From Candidatus Nanoarchaeia archaeon (lineage in GTDB: Archaea > Nanobdellota > Nanobdellia > SCGC-AAA011-G17 > GW2011-AR17): a stretch of 64,000 nt of DNA. Shown here one piece after another: positions 9,958-19,522 of the stretch. The DNA lies in the NCBI GenBank assembly GCA_028706745.1, contig JAQTVM010000005.1, positions 5,165 to 69,164 on the forward strand, written 5' to 3'. The position numbers and the translations under genes are program-made. The notes below the pieces were generated by a model. That model ran no database searches. It saw only the letters and a list, made by a program, of their open reading frames with translations, and was not told where the DNA came from. Numbering within the stretch: position 1 is the first letter of the stretch; each line of letters starts with the position of its first letter.

Positions 9958-10595
9958 CTTTTCAAATGCACCCCTATATATTCCTTCATTGCCTCGGCAG
10001 AAGGCACAAGCCCTTCAAGTATGAGCACTTTCAATTCTTTCTCATCAACCGGCTTTTTATAATTTGAAAGCAGATATTTTATTTTTGCAATAACCTCTGC
10101 CTGCTTTTCAACATGCCTTAAAAGAAAAAAAATGTCATATAAATCGCGAACTTTCATCCTTTTCAGGTAAGTGTCGACTTTCTCATTCACAAGCTCTTCT
10201 GCTGTGAGGCAATACAGCGTTATCAGGTTGCCGTCAGCTGTTTCATACTCCTTTAGGCTTCCTTTTTCGCTTTTAAACAAAGCCTCGAACCTTACTTCTG
10301 TTCTCCCAAGCAATAAATTTGAATAAATGCTGTTCCCGCCTATCTTCTTCTTTTCTATCTTAAAGCCCAATGACTCGAGCTTTTTGAAGAATGCCTCAAT
10401 CTTTGCAGTGTCTTTTCTCAGGTAAACATCAATATCCTCGGAAAACCTGTTCCCCTTGAAGCACCTCCATATTGCCGTGCCGCCGTGAAACACCGCAGTA
10501 TCAAGCATTTCTGCCATTTCCCTCACTACCAAATCCTGCGCCTGCGCCACATCCCTGTGGCTTCCTTTCTTCAGCCGTGCTATTAATGGTATCAT
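9945..10595 (-). CDS. AbiEii/AbiGii-family nucleotidyltransferase toxin
   Basis: FHGGTAI...RFSEDID...EK...KVRDLYD. Start placed at ATG 10595; the track's 10622 lies within the operator palindrome. Confidence 0.88.
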   Translation of the reverse strand: MIPLIARLKKGSHRDVAQAQDLVVREMAEMLDTAVFHGGTAIWRCFKGNRFSEDIDVYLRKDTAKIEAFFKKLESLGFKIEKKKIGGNSIYSNLLLGRTEVRFEALFKSEKGSLKEYETADGNLITLYCLTAEELVNEKVDTYLKRMKVRDLYDIFFLLRHVEKQAEVIAKIKYLLSNYKKPVDEKELKVLILEGLVPSAEAMKEYIGVHLKRWEK

Positions 10596-10738
10596 TTTTA
10601 TCAATACATCTAGGTTATACATATATGTAACTTTAATGTATTTATAAATTTATCCATTTTCAGGACTAATTGCATTTTTCGGCTAACTGAGCCGGATGCC
10701 GCCAGATAAAATATTGTAAATTGAATTAAAACAAAGGA

Positions 10739-11692
10739 CTAATGCCGGATGGCGGGCTTTCTTTGCTTATTTTCCTTCAATTCAAGGATTATCCCTTCAA
10801 GGAAGGGCTTTAATTCTTTCAAAAATGCCTCAAAATCCTTGCCCAGCGGCTTAAGCATAAGCTTTTCTTCTTCAGAGACAATTGATTCCATGTCGAGGCT
10901 GAAATCCTTTGACAATAAATTATCTGAATATTTCCGGTATTTCAGCATAAACTTGGTTTTATGCAATATCTCTTTTTTCAGCTTAAAAACCTCAATGCCT
11001 TTTTCCTTGGAAAGAATAAACAAATCCACAAAATCCCTTGCTTTAATCCCCCTTCTTGTCAGGATAGCCCTCGCTTTTTCAGCTGCAATCTCTTTTAAAT
11101 CATACACTTTGAGCCTTGGCAGCTTAAGCAGGAAAGAATATTCCGGAAAAAGAAAATTTATTTCCTTCTCATGCCCTTTTTCTATCAATGAAGCGGCAAT
11201 TGCCTCCTTTGGCTTAAATAATATATCCTCCACAAAGCTAATCTGTATTTTTACAAATGTTTCCACGCCCAATATTTCTGAAAAATGCCATAATTTAAAT
11301 GTAACAAACTTATTGCTGCCGCCAAGCTCTATATACTTTCTATTGTGCTTTTCATTTTTAAATTCCAGCCCGCTCTTTTCAGATATCCCTTCAATTGCAT
11401 CTGCAATCTTATCTATCCTGCCTGAAAGAATCCTGCGTATTTCTTTCTCGCTCTTCCCTGAAAATTCTTTTTGGTTCAGGCAAGTGAAATCAAGGTCTTC
11501 AGAAAACCTGTAATATCCCATATAGCATTTAATAAGGCAGGTGCCCCCTTTAAACGCAAAATTATCGCGAAACAAAGACATTGCAGACAGTTCAGCAAGC
11601 AGGGTTTGCAGGATTATATCCTTTTCCAAAAGCTCTTTTCTTTGAATCTTCAATTTATCCGAAAGGTATTCAATAAGCTCTTTTCTTGCCAT
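10739..11692 (-). CDS. AbiEii/AbiGii-family nucleotidyltransferase toxin
   Basis: LEKD...FKGGTCL...RFSEDLDF...AEKARA...KARDFVD. Start set at MARKELIEY (11692). Confidence 0.9.
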   Translation of the reverse strand: MARKELIEYLSDKLKIQRKELLEKDIILQTLLAELSAMSLFRDNFAFKGGTCLIKCYMGYYRFSEDLDFTCLNQKEFSGKSEKEIRRILSGRIDKIADAIEGISEKSGLEFKNEKHNRKYIELGGSNKFVTFKLWHFSEILGVETFVKIQISFVEDILFKPKEAIAASLIEKGHEKEINFLFPEYSFLLKLPRLKVYDLKEIAAEKARAILTRRGIKARDFVDLFILSKEKGIEVFKLKKEILHKTKFMLKYRKYSDNLLSKDFSLDMESIVSEEEKLMLKPLGKDFEAFLKELKPFLEGIILELKENKQRKPAIRH

Positions 11693-12299
11693 AAATTTCC
11701 TCCGCCTCTTTTCTTGCAGTGTTTCCATAATGCCTTGCATAAGCAATAATCCTCTTCTTTGAGCATGAGCTTATCAATTCAGAAGGTATAGCCTTAATCC
11801 TGCCTCTTCTCTTCAGGTAAACAAAGTCAAGCAGGGTTTTTTCAGCATCAGAATGCGGAAGCGCGCCTTTCGCGATGCCAAACCCGAGCAGTTCCGGCTT
11901 TAATTTTATGAATGCAATCTTGTGCCCCATGATGCCTATCGGCTTTGCCCTGAATATGGCATTGCTTATTACTGTATCAACAGCAAAATACTCATGGGTG
12001 AGGTTATTAAGTTTCAGCGCAGTTTCAAGCCCGAAATACCAGCCGGTTATGCCCTTGATGCGCAAGGCTTCTTTTATAGCTTCCAAGTGATTTATGTCTG
12101 TCTTTCCAAGCTTTCTTTCCTCAATAGACCTTATATAAAAAATGCCCCGCAGTATTCTGGTCAAATAGCCGTAATAAAGAAGGTATTTTACAGCTCCATT
12201 ATAACTTATTTTAATCTCCCTGCAGAATGCTTCAAGTTCACTTCTTGCAATAAACTTGCTTTTTCTCAGGTGCAATTTTCTCATAAGCAGTTTCATCAT
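11670..12299 (-). CDS. AbiEi-like antitoxin / wHTH regulator
   Basis: YLTRILRGIFY, WYFGLETALKLNNL and SDAEKTLLD motifs. Upstream of and overlapping AbiEii. Confidence 0.8.
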   Translation of the reverse strand: MMKLLMRKLHLRKSKFIARSELEAFCREIKISYNGAVKYLLYYGYLTRILRGIFYIRSIEERKLGKTDINHLEAIKEALRIKGITGWYFGLETALKLNNLTHEYFAVDTVISNAIFRAKPIGIMGHKIAFIKLKPELLGFGIAKGALPHSDAEKTLLDFVYLKRRGRIKAIPSELISSCSKKRIIAYARHYGNTARKEAEEIYGKKRAY

Positions 12300-12302
12300 T
12301 TA

Positions 12303-12337
12303 TATCACAATATCCTACTTATTAGGATATTATGATA
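12303..12337. promoter_or_regulatory. Inverted-repeat operator upstream of abiEi (ATCAcAATATCCTA-cttat-TAGGATATTaTGAT)
   Basis: Palindrome between the TATA box and the start codon. AbiEi proteins are known to autoregulate through inverted repeats. Confidence 0.65.
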
Positions 12338-12413
12338 CTTATAAGCTTAACGGTTTCAGGGCGGTTATCCCCTTGTTATCAGGCAGTTATTCCCTGACTG
12401 CCTTTGCTTTAAA

Positions 12414-13154
12414 TCACTGCATAAATAATTTCTGAAAATTCGAAAAAAGCATATTCTCCATTTCTTCCGCAGAAACGCCCTTTATTGAGGCAATAACAGC
12501 CGCTGTCTGCTTTACAGAAGCAGGCTCGTTCCTCTCTCCCTTTACAGCAGACAAAAAAGGCGCATCTGTTTCAGTAAGAAGATGCGATGAGCTTATTGTT
12601 TTCACAAGCTCCCTGAACTGCGATGAATAAGAAACAATGGCGGGTATTGAAAAGAAATACCCCTCTTTTTCCATCTGCTTTGCAAGAGATAATTTTCCGC
12701 TGAAGCAGTGCACAACAACCTTCCTTGCATTCATTTCTTTCAAGACATCAAAAACCTCTTTCTCTGCCCCGCGCGAATGAACAATAAGGGGAATCTTCAA
12801 GTCCTTTGCCAATGAAACCATCTGCTTAAAAACTTCCTTCTGCTTTTCCATGTCAGGATAAGTCGCATCCAAGCCAACCTCTGAAACAGCAAACGGCTTT
12901 TGCTTGCGGATGAACTCAATCTCCTGTTTCACAGCTTCCTCCCCCATCTGCGCTGCAAATTCAGGATAGATTCCCAATGCCGCCTTCACAGCAGGATATT
13001 TTTTTGAAATCTCAAGCGCTTTTGCATTAGTCACGTTGTTAAGCCCTGCTGTTACAATGGAAACAACGCCTGCTTTTTCAGCCCTTTCAATAACAGAATC
13101 CAAATCCTTTTCAAAGTCAGGAAAGTCAAGATGGCAGTGAATGTCGGCTAGCAT
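12414..13154 (-). CDS. tatD: TatD-family DNase
   Basis: DIHCHLD, SEVGLD, IVHSR, VHCFSG, LTETDAPF, RNEP. Start moved to MLADIHCH (13154). Confidence 0.95.
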   Translation of the reverse strand: MLADIHCHLDFPDFEKDLDSVIERAEKAGVVSIVTAGLNNVTNAKALEISKKYPAVKAALGIYPEFAAQMGEEAVKQEIEFIRKQKPFAVSEVGLDATYPDMEKQKEVFKQMVSLAKDLKIPLIVHSRGAEKEVFDVLKEMNARKVVVHCFSGKLSLAKQMEKEGYFFSIPAIVSYSSQFRELVKTISSSHLLTETDAPFLSAVKGERNEPASVKQTAAVIASIKGVSAEEMENMLFSNFQKLFMQ

Positions 13155-13229
13155 GGAAATCTTGAATGTCTTTTGCCTTTTAACCTTTGCCCATAAGATA
13201 TATAAATCACATCCAAGCACAATACATCC

Positions 13230-13916
13230 ATGGACGTCACGATAATTGCGCAGGAATTCAAGTGGGAGAAGAACTGCGGCTCTTTGGCAAGGGTAATGGC
13301 AAACTTCGGCTTTGAAAAGCTTGTTTTCCTTAATCCTAAATGCGGCTTCAGGGGAAAAGAAGCTGTAATGCACGCAAAGCACGCAAAAGCGATTCTTGAA
13401 AAGGCAAAAACATTGAAATCATTCAGCGGCGCCCTGAAGAAATACGATACAGTGATAGCTACAACAGCAATGCTCGGCACTGACTACAACATTGCAAGAA
13501 GCCCGATATCTCCTGACAAGCTCAGCGGCAAAATAAAGGGGAAGACGGCAATAATAATCGGAAGGGAAGGGGAGGGAATGTCAAACGAGGAAATCCAGAA
13601 GTGCGACTTTGTTGTCACAATACCTTCATCCAAAAAATACCCCACATTGAATGTCAGCCACGCGGCCGCAGTCATATTGTACGAGCTTTCAAAGCATTCA
13701 AGAAAGGAAAAACTGCCTTCATTTCCCCTGGCAACAAGAAAGGAAAAGGAAGTTTTGATGAAACTGCTGGACAAGGCGTTAAGCAGGATGGAATTCTCAA
13801 CAGAAGAGAAAAAGCAAACCCAAAGATTGATATGGCGCAGGATGCTGGGAAAGGCAATGCTTACAAGAAGAGAGGCTTATGCATTGTGCGGATTCTTGAA
13901 GAAGATAAAGCAGTAA
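13230..13916 (+). CDS. trmJ: SPOUT tRNA methyltransferase, TrmJ/TrmH family
   Basis: NCGSLARVMANFG, GREGEGM.NEEI, YPTLNVSHA. Confidence 0.88.
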   Translation: MDVTIIAQEFKWEKNCGSLARVMANFGFEKLVFLNPKCGFRGKEAVMHAKHAKAILEKAKTLKSFSGALKKYDTVIATTAMLGTDYNIARSPISPDKLSGKIKGKTAIIIGREGEGMSNEEIQKCDFVVTIPSSKKYPTLNVSHAAAVILYELSKHSRKEKLPSFPLATRKEKEVLMKLLDKALSRMEFSTEEKKQTQRLIWRRMLGKAMLTRREAYALCGFLKKIKQ

Positions 13917-13963
13917 GCAGTTTCATCAAAACCTATATAAGCCACCATTCTATTTCTCCTTCC

Positions 13964-15133
13964 ATGAAGTTCGCGCACATTGCAGACTGCCACATTGGAG
14001 GGTGGGCTGAACCAAAGATGAAGCAGCTCACGATGGATGCCTTCAGCAGGGCGATAGACACCTGCATTTCCGAGAAAGTTGATTTTGTCCTGATTGCAGG
14101 CGACTTATTTAACACTGCAATACCCCAGATTGAATTAATCAGGGACACTGTTTCCGCCTTGAAAAAGCTGAAGGACAACTCAATCAAATGCTATACAATA
14201 GCGGGCTCGCACGACTTCTCGCCTTCAGGCAAGACAATGCTTGAGGTTTTGGAAAAGGCAGGGCTTACTCACGACGTGTTCAGGGTTGAAAATAACAAAT
14301 TAATGTTCACAATGCACGGGAATGCAAAGATTGCAGGAATGCTGGGAAGAAAGGGGGGTTTGGAAAAAGAGGATTACAGGGAAATAGAGACAAGCCATCT
14401 GGGAAAGGAAATGGGATACAAGATATTCATGTTTCATTCTGCGCTGGATGAATTAAAGCCTGCCGGAATGGAAGAAATGGATTCAATGCCCTGCTCAATG
14501 CTTCCTGACGGCTTTGACTATTATGCAGGCGGGCACGTGCACGCTTTATTGGAGAAAAAGCACGGCAGCGGCGTAATAACATTCCCAAGCGCGCTTTTCC
14601 CGAACAACTTCAAGGAGCTTGAAGAGCAGGGGCACGGCGGATTTTTCATTGTGGATGAAAACGGATATAAGAGAGTTGAAATAAATATGAAAGACGTTGC
14701 CGCATTGCGCTTTGACGCCGGCAAGAAAACAGCAATGCAATTGCAGGACGAGATTATGGAAAAAGTTTCTGCATTGGATGCAAATGACAAGATAGTGCTT
14801 TTGAGGCTGAACGGAGCACTGGCTTCAGGAAAGCCGTCTGACATTAATTTCAAGGGAATTTTTGAAAAATTGGGAAATGCTTATTTTGTGATGAAGAACA
14901 CCTCGGGGCTTTCAAGCATTGAGATGAAAGAGCCGGCTGCAGAGGCAAAAAAGGACGCTGAAGACATAATAAAGGAGCAGAGAAGCGAGAGCCCATTGTT
15001 TGAGAAAGAAGAGGAGGCAGTGAGGGCTTTATTGTCAGCGCTGAACATAGAGAAGGCAGAAGGAGAGAAAGCGGCTGACTTTGAGAGAAGGGTTGTTGCA
15101 GAAGCGTCTTCTGCGCTGGGAATTCCTTTGTAA
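13964..15133 (+). CDS. mre11: Mre11/SbcD nuclease
   Basis: ADCHIG, AGDLF, GSHD, GGHVH phosphoesterase motifs. Start MKFAH at 13964 behind a TATA box; rad50 is nearby. Confidence 0.92.
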   Translation: MKFAHIADCHIGGWAEPKMKQLTMDAFSRAIDTCISEKVDFVLIAGDLFNTAIPQIELIRDTVSALKKLKDNSIKCYTIAGSHDFSPSGKTMLEVLEKAGLTHDVFRVENNKLMFTMHGNAKIAGMLGRKGGLEKEDYREIETSHLGKEMGYKIFMFHSALDELKPAGMEEMDSMPCSMLPDGFDYYAGGHVHALLEKKHGSGVITFPSALFPNNFKELEEQGHGGFFIVDENGYKRVEINMKDVAALRFDAGKKTAMQLQDEIMEKVSALDANDKIVLLRLNGALASGKPSDINFKGIFEKLGNAYFVMKNTSGLSSIEMKEPAAEAKKDAEDIIKEQRSESPLFEKEEEAVRALLSALNIEKAEGEKAADFERRVVAEASSALGIPL

Positions 15134-16253
15134 TTAAATGTCCAACTTCCCGATTAAAGCAAGCGCTTCTTTGCCGAATTTTGAGAACGCAAACCACTTT
15201 TTCCCCAAATCCTTTAATGAGGCGCCAAGGTGGTATACCTGATGGCTGTCAATTATAATAAACCTGTCGTGGGACTGCCTGAACTCTCTTGCTTCAACAA
15301 AAGGATACTGGGAATTGTGCTTTTCAAGGTCAAGCATTAATTGCTTTGAAATGGATTTTGTCAGGATTACAGCGCGCACATTGTTATTCCTCTTGCTTAG
15401 AAGTGTCAAAACAGAGTCATCCACGTAATTATCAATAAGCGCTATGGACTTTTTAGCAGACCTTATTATGTCCGAAACAAAACTGTATGCGTCAAACACC
15501 TGCCCTTCAAAGAATATTCCTTTTTCAGGCTTTATGTCCTTGCTTTGGATTGCGTCAAATACTTCCTCAAATTTTTTGTCATGCTCAATCTGCTTCTTTT
15601 CAACATTATCCAATCTTTGAAATACTAAGGCATTCGCAGAGATAAACCGCCTCATTGCGACAAATGCTCTCATTACTTGGATATTCATTTCAATTGCCTG
15701 TTTGGTTTTTAAGATACTGGCTAAATTTGCAACACCTTGTTCAGTGAAAGCATAAGGCAATGCACCCCCTAAATGCTTTTTTGATGGTATCACATTTTGT
15801 GATACCATTGCCGCAGCCTCTTCTTCAGTCAATACAAACATAAAATCAGGAGGGAATCGTTTTATATTCCTATTAACCGCCTGTTTTAATGCTCTTGTTT
15901 CAATAACGTAAAGTTCAGCTAAATCCTTATCAAGCATTACCTGCATGCCCCTTATTGTATGAATCCTGCTCCTAATGTTCTCTATACTCAATGTTAGGGA
16001 ATTATCTTCTCTTTTTTGCATTTTAAGCATAACTGTCCCTGCATTTGCTTCCCGTTAATAAACTCTTTGGGAAAAAATCCGCAAGATTTCCGGCAGGTGT
16101 TGGAAAACCAAATGAATCTGCCGAAAAAATCAAAGGAAAAAACATAAAATACAGCATAATTTTCAGCATATTTGAAAGGCGGTTTAAACTTTCCGTCGTC
16201 AAATCTATGCTGATATTTTTCCAAATCCGGGGCGCTAGGAATTCCTTTGTAAT
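15113..16253. mobile_element. Direct-repeat-bounded single-gene cassette (ORF6N)
   Basis: GCGCT(G/A)GGAATTCCTTTGTAAT at 15113-15134 and 16232-16253 (21/22 identical). One copy carries the mre11 stop, the other the stop of the convergent 16235-17203 gene. Confidence 0.65.
15134..16030 (-). CDS. ORF6N (KilA-N-like) DNA-binding protein with C-terminal PLD-like domain
   Basis: IRGMQVMLDKDLAELY, QAVNRNIKRFPPDFMF, PYAFTEQGV; C-terminal IDNY...HDRFIIID...HLGASLKDLGKK. Confidence 0.88.
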   Translation of the reverse strand: MLKMQKREDNSLTLSIENIRSRIHTIRGMQVMLDKDLAELYVIETRALKQAVNRNIKRFPPDFMFVLTEEEAAAMVSQNVIPSKKHLGGALPYAFTEQGVANLASILKTKQAIEMNIQVMRAFVAMRRFISANALVFQRLDNVEKKQIEHDKKFEEVFDAIQSKDIKPEKGIFFEGQVFDAYSFVSDIIRSAKKSIALIDNYVDDSVLTLLSKRNNNVRAVILTKSISKQLMLDLEKHNSQYPFVEAREFRQSHDRFIIIDSHQVYHLGASLKDLGKKWFAFSKFGKEALALIGKLDI

Positions 16254-17203
16254 CTTCTCAGGCAGTCTGCCTTTGAATAAGTGAATCCGGCGCAGTCAAA
16301 GCATCCGTAGCCTGCGTAATATGCCCTGTTCCCGCAATTGCAGGTTTCTGAAATCTCAAGGAACTCATCTTCCACAATCCATTTTCCGTTTGTTGATTCG
16401 CAGAAATATCTTGCATCCCTTGCGCAGCCTGCATAGACATCTTTCAGTTCTTCCAGCGGGTCTGTGACAAGAACCTGCCTGCAGCCCTTTGTTGATTCGC
16501 AGTTTTCCCTGCCGATAATGCTGCAGTCAACATTGTTTTCTGAATTTAGCGCAAGCTCAACCCTGAGCAGGCAGTCCGCCTTCTCGGGCTCCAAAGACAT
16601 CTGGCTGCATATGTCAATGCTCTTCAAGGCAACTGCAATCTGCTTCAGGCACAAGTCAACATCGATTTTCCTCACAATCTCGTTTGCGCAAATCTGCCAG
16701 TCTCTTGCCTTCAGGGCAAAATGCATTATGCACTTGTCAAACGCAGACTCTGACTCGATTCCCGAGCACAAGGACTTGTCGCCTGACTTGAATGCAATCT
16801 GCTGTATGCAGCTGTCCCTGATTCCCTCGTCAATTATTTCGTCGCAGTGAGAGATGTCATTGTACTTCAAAGCCAGGTCGCTGCTGATTGAGTCAAACAC
16901 AAGAATCTCGCACTGCTTTTTTAAATCAGGGGTGAGAAGAGCGCAGATTGAGATGTCCCTTTTTGAAACCGCTTCTGTGAATTTCGGCGCAACAATCGAT
17001 GATGTAAGGGGTATGCAGCAGGACATTTCCCCGCAGGAGCCTATCCGCCTTTCTCCGAGCGAGCAGTCAATCTTGCACGTGCCTCCGAGCTTTGCGCAGC
17101 TTCCCAGCTTTTCAGCAGGCGTCACGTAAAGAAGGATATAGCCCGCTACTATGAATATGGTTGCGGCTACAAGCAATGCAAGGCTTTTCTTCCGGTGATG
17201 CAT
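16235..17203 (-). CDS. Membrane-anchored Cys-rich repeat protein
   Basis: N-terminal TM, a six-Cys defensin-like motif, then ~26-aa repeats (D.S.C..I.....RD.CI..IA). Confidence 0.8.
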   Translation of the reverse strand: MHHRKKSLALLVAATIFIVAGYILLYVTPAEKLGSCAKLGGTCKIDCSLGERRIGSCGEMSCCIPLTSSIVAPKFTEAVSKRDISICALLTPDLKKQCEILVFDSISSDLALKYNDISHCDEIIDEGIRDSCIQQIAFKSGDKSLCSGIESESAFDKCIMHFALKARDWQICANEIVRKIDVDLCLKQIAVALKSIDICSQMSLEPEKADCLLRVELALNSENNVDCSIIGRENCESTKGCRQVLVTDPLEELKDVYAGCARDARYFCESTNGKWIVEDEFLEISETCNCGNRAYYAGYGCFDCAGFTYSKADCLRRLQRNS

Positions 17204-17240
17204 GGATTATAAATGGGGTTTTGGCTTTTTTAATGTTTGC

Positions 17241-17309
17241 ACGTGGCTGGTGGCAGGCAGTGGCTAAGGACTCCAGACTGCTGACTAAGAACTAAAAACT
17301 AATAACAAC
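17241..17309. repeat. Degenerate 7-nt-period repeat tract (GTGGCTG GTGGCAG... / ACTCCAG ACTGCTG ACTAAGA ACTAAAA ACTAATA)
   Basis: ACT recurs exactly every 7 nt. Confidence 0.7.
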
Positions 17310-17347
17310 AAAAAGATTTATATGCTCTGAATAGATATGGCAAATAT

Positions 17348-19402
17348 ATGCAGGTAAAAAAGGTGGTTTTGGACAATATAAGGAGCTATACGCACAGCGA
17401 GATGAATTTTCCGGAGGGAAGCATGCTTCTCTCAGGCAACATAGGGAGCGGGAAGTCAACAGTATTAATGGCAATCGAGTTTGCGCTTTTCGGATTAAGA
17501 AGAAGCGAGCTTTCAGGCGCATCACTGCTGAGAAACGGCGCTGACAAGGGTTATGTCGAGGTCTTGCTTGGCATCGGGGGAAAAGATGTAAGAATAGGAA
17601 GGAGCCTCAAAAGAACTTCATCAGGGGTTTCGCAGGAAGCCGGGTTTATTGAGGAGAACGGGGCAAGAAAGGCGCTTACTGCAATTGAAATAAAGCAGAG
17701 GGTTCTTGAACTGCTGAATTATCCCAAAGAAGCCCTTACAAAAAACGAGATGCTTTACAGGTACACTGTGTATGTTTCGCAGGAGGAAATGAAGCAGATT
17801 CTTTTGGGAGACAAGGAGGCAAGGCTGAACGCATTAAGGCACGTGTTCGGCATTGACAAGTACAGGAAAATAAAGGAAAATGCAAAAATTGTATCCTCAA
17901 AAGCAGGCGAAAGGAAAAAAGAGCTTATTGGATGCACTTCTGATTTGGATGCAAAAAAGAACCTGCGGACTTCAAGGGCGATTGAGCTTGATTCTGTTTT
18001 AAAAGAGCTTAATGAGGCAGAGCCAAAGGCAAAAGAGGCTGCAATAAAGGCTGAGGAAGCAAGGCTGCTTATTGAAGCGCTTGAGCAGGACATTAAAAAG
18101 TCGGCTGAAATGAGAAAGGAGCTTTCTTTTTGCGAGCAGAAGGCGAGACTGTATGAAATCCAGAAGGCAAACGAGGAAAAAGAGCTGAAACGGCTTGAAG
18201 AGAAGATAAGGCTGAACAGCCCTGAGAAAGTTTCAGGCAAGGATTTCGCAAAGGAGCGCCTGGAGAGAAGGGAAAAAATAAAGCAGATTGAGGCTGAGAT
18301 AAATTCTGTATCCGCGAAAATCCACGAGCTTAACGCAAGAAAAAAAGCGTGCGAAGAGCTGAAAAGGAAGATTTCAATGCTTGACAAGTGCCCGACCTGC
18401 ATGCAGGACGTGAAAGAAGAGCATAAGCAGGGCATTCATTCGGCAGAAGATGCGAAATTGGCTGAAATTGAAAAGGAGTTTGCCCTGCATTCCGGAAGCG
18501 AAAAGGCATTGAGAGAGGCTGTTTCAAAGATAAATAACGAGCTTGACTTGATATATGATGAAGAGAAAAAGGAACTGCTTGCAAAAGCGCAGCTGAAAGA
18601 GGCAGAGGAGGCAATGAGATTAAAATCCTCTGTTGAGGAAAGGCTGAAAAAGGCGGGAGAGGAGCTTTTGGCTGCAAACATGAAAAAAGAAGCCCTTGCC
18701 AAGGGGCTTGCAGCGTATGCTGAGCTTGAAAAAAAGCAGATGGATGCAAAAAAATCCCTTGAGGTTTCCGGCAGCGCGCTAAGGCAGATTGAATTGAAAA
18801 AAGCTCAGCTTGAGGCAAGAAAAGAAATGACATTGAAATCAATTGAAGAGATTACGGCAGATATAAAGGAAAAAGAGGAGCTGAAGAAAGGGCTTAAGAA
18901 GGTTTCAATGCTGAAGGAATGGCTTGATTATTATTTCATGCAGATTGCGGAAGACATGGAAAAGACAGTCATGGCAAAGGCGCATTCTGAGTTTGACTCA
19001 TTGCTTTCAAAATGGTTCTCAATGCTTGTTGACAATGAGTCAGTGGCAATAAGGCTTGACACTGAGTTTACTCCTGTGATTGAGCAGAACGGGTATGAGA
19101 TTGATTACGGTTACCTTTCAGGCGGGGAAAAAACAGCCGCCGCCCTGGCTTACAGGCTTGCATTGAACCAGGTTGTAAACAACATGATGGGCGAGATACA
19201 GACAAAGGACATAATCATATTAGACGAGCCGACTGACGGATTTTCAGAAGAACAGCTTGAAAAGATGAAAAACGTGCTGGATGAATTAAGCATCGGGCAG
19301 GTGATTATAGTGAGCCACGAGCAGAAGATAGAAAGCTTTGTGAGCAATGTAATCAGGTTTGAGAAGTCAGGGCACGAGAGCAGCGTAGTTGGTAGTAAGT
19401 AG
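17348..19402 (+). CDS. rad50: Rad50/SbcC SMC-family ATPase (short coiled coil)
   Basis: GNIGSGKST, zinc hook CPTC, signature LSGGE, Walker B ILDEPT, VSH. Confidence 0.93.
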   Translation: MQVKKVVLDNIRSYTHSEMNFPEGSMLLSGNIGSGKSTVLMAIEFALFGLRRSELSGASLLRNGADKGYVEVLLGIGGKDVRIGRSLKRTSSGVSQEAGFIEENGARKALTAIEIKQRVLELLNYPKEALTKNEMLYRYTVYVSQEEMKQILLGDKEARLNALRHVFGIDKYRKIKENAKIVSSKAGERKKELIGCTSDLDAKKNLRTSRAIELDSVLKELNEAEPKAKEAAIKAEEARLLIEALEQDIKKSAEMRKELSFCEQKARLYEIQKANEEKELKRLEEKIRLNSPEKVSGKDFAKERLERREKIKQIEAEINSVSAKIHELNARKKACEELKRKISMLDKCPTCMQDVKEEHKQGIHSAEDAKLAEIEKEFALHSGSEKALREAVSKINNELDLIYDEEKKELLAKAQLKEAEEAMRLKSSVEERLKKAGEELLAANMKKEALAKGLAAYAELEKKQMDAKKSLEVSGSALRQIELKKAQLEARKEMTLKSIEEITADIKEKEELKKGLKKVSMLKEWLDYYFMQIAEDMEKTVMAKAHSEFDSLLSKWFSMLVDNESVAIRLDTEFTPVIEQNGYEIDYGYLSGGEKTAAALAYRLALNQVVNNMMGEIQTKDIIILDEPTDGFSEEQLEKMKNVLDELSIGQVIIVSHEQKIESFVSNVIRFEKSGHESSVVGSK

Positions 19403-19432
19403 TCTGTAGTAAGCAGTCGGTCGTTTGTGACC
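19385..19432. repeat. Heptamer array (GTAGTTG GTAGTAA GTAGTCT GTAGTAA GCAGTCG), left arm
   Basis: Read directly. Reverse-complementary in character to the array at 19880-19930. Confidence 0.8.
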
Positions 19433-19522
19433 AAAAATAATTTTCGGTTTTTATGGAAGATTTGCGGAAAATTATGGGAAACGCATTTAAACCATAAAAA
19501 TAAGCAAGCATAGAGCCTAAAA

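Noticed and set aside
7617..12410. Classical integron
   Set aside because: No IntI in the window, I could not identify RYYYAAC/GTTRRRY attC cores, and the genes carry their own promoters.
12414..15133. Long N-terminal extensions of TatD (13382) and Mre11 (13601) in the track
   Set aside because: They overlap trmJ. Family motifs and TATA boxes support starts at 13154 and 13964.
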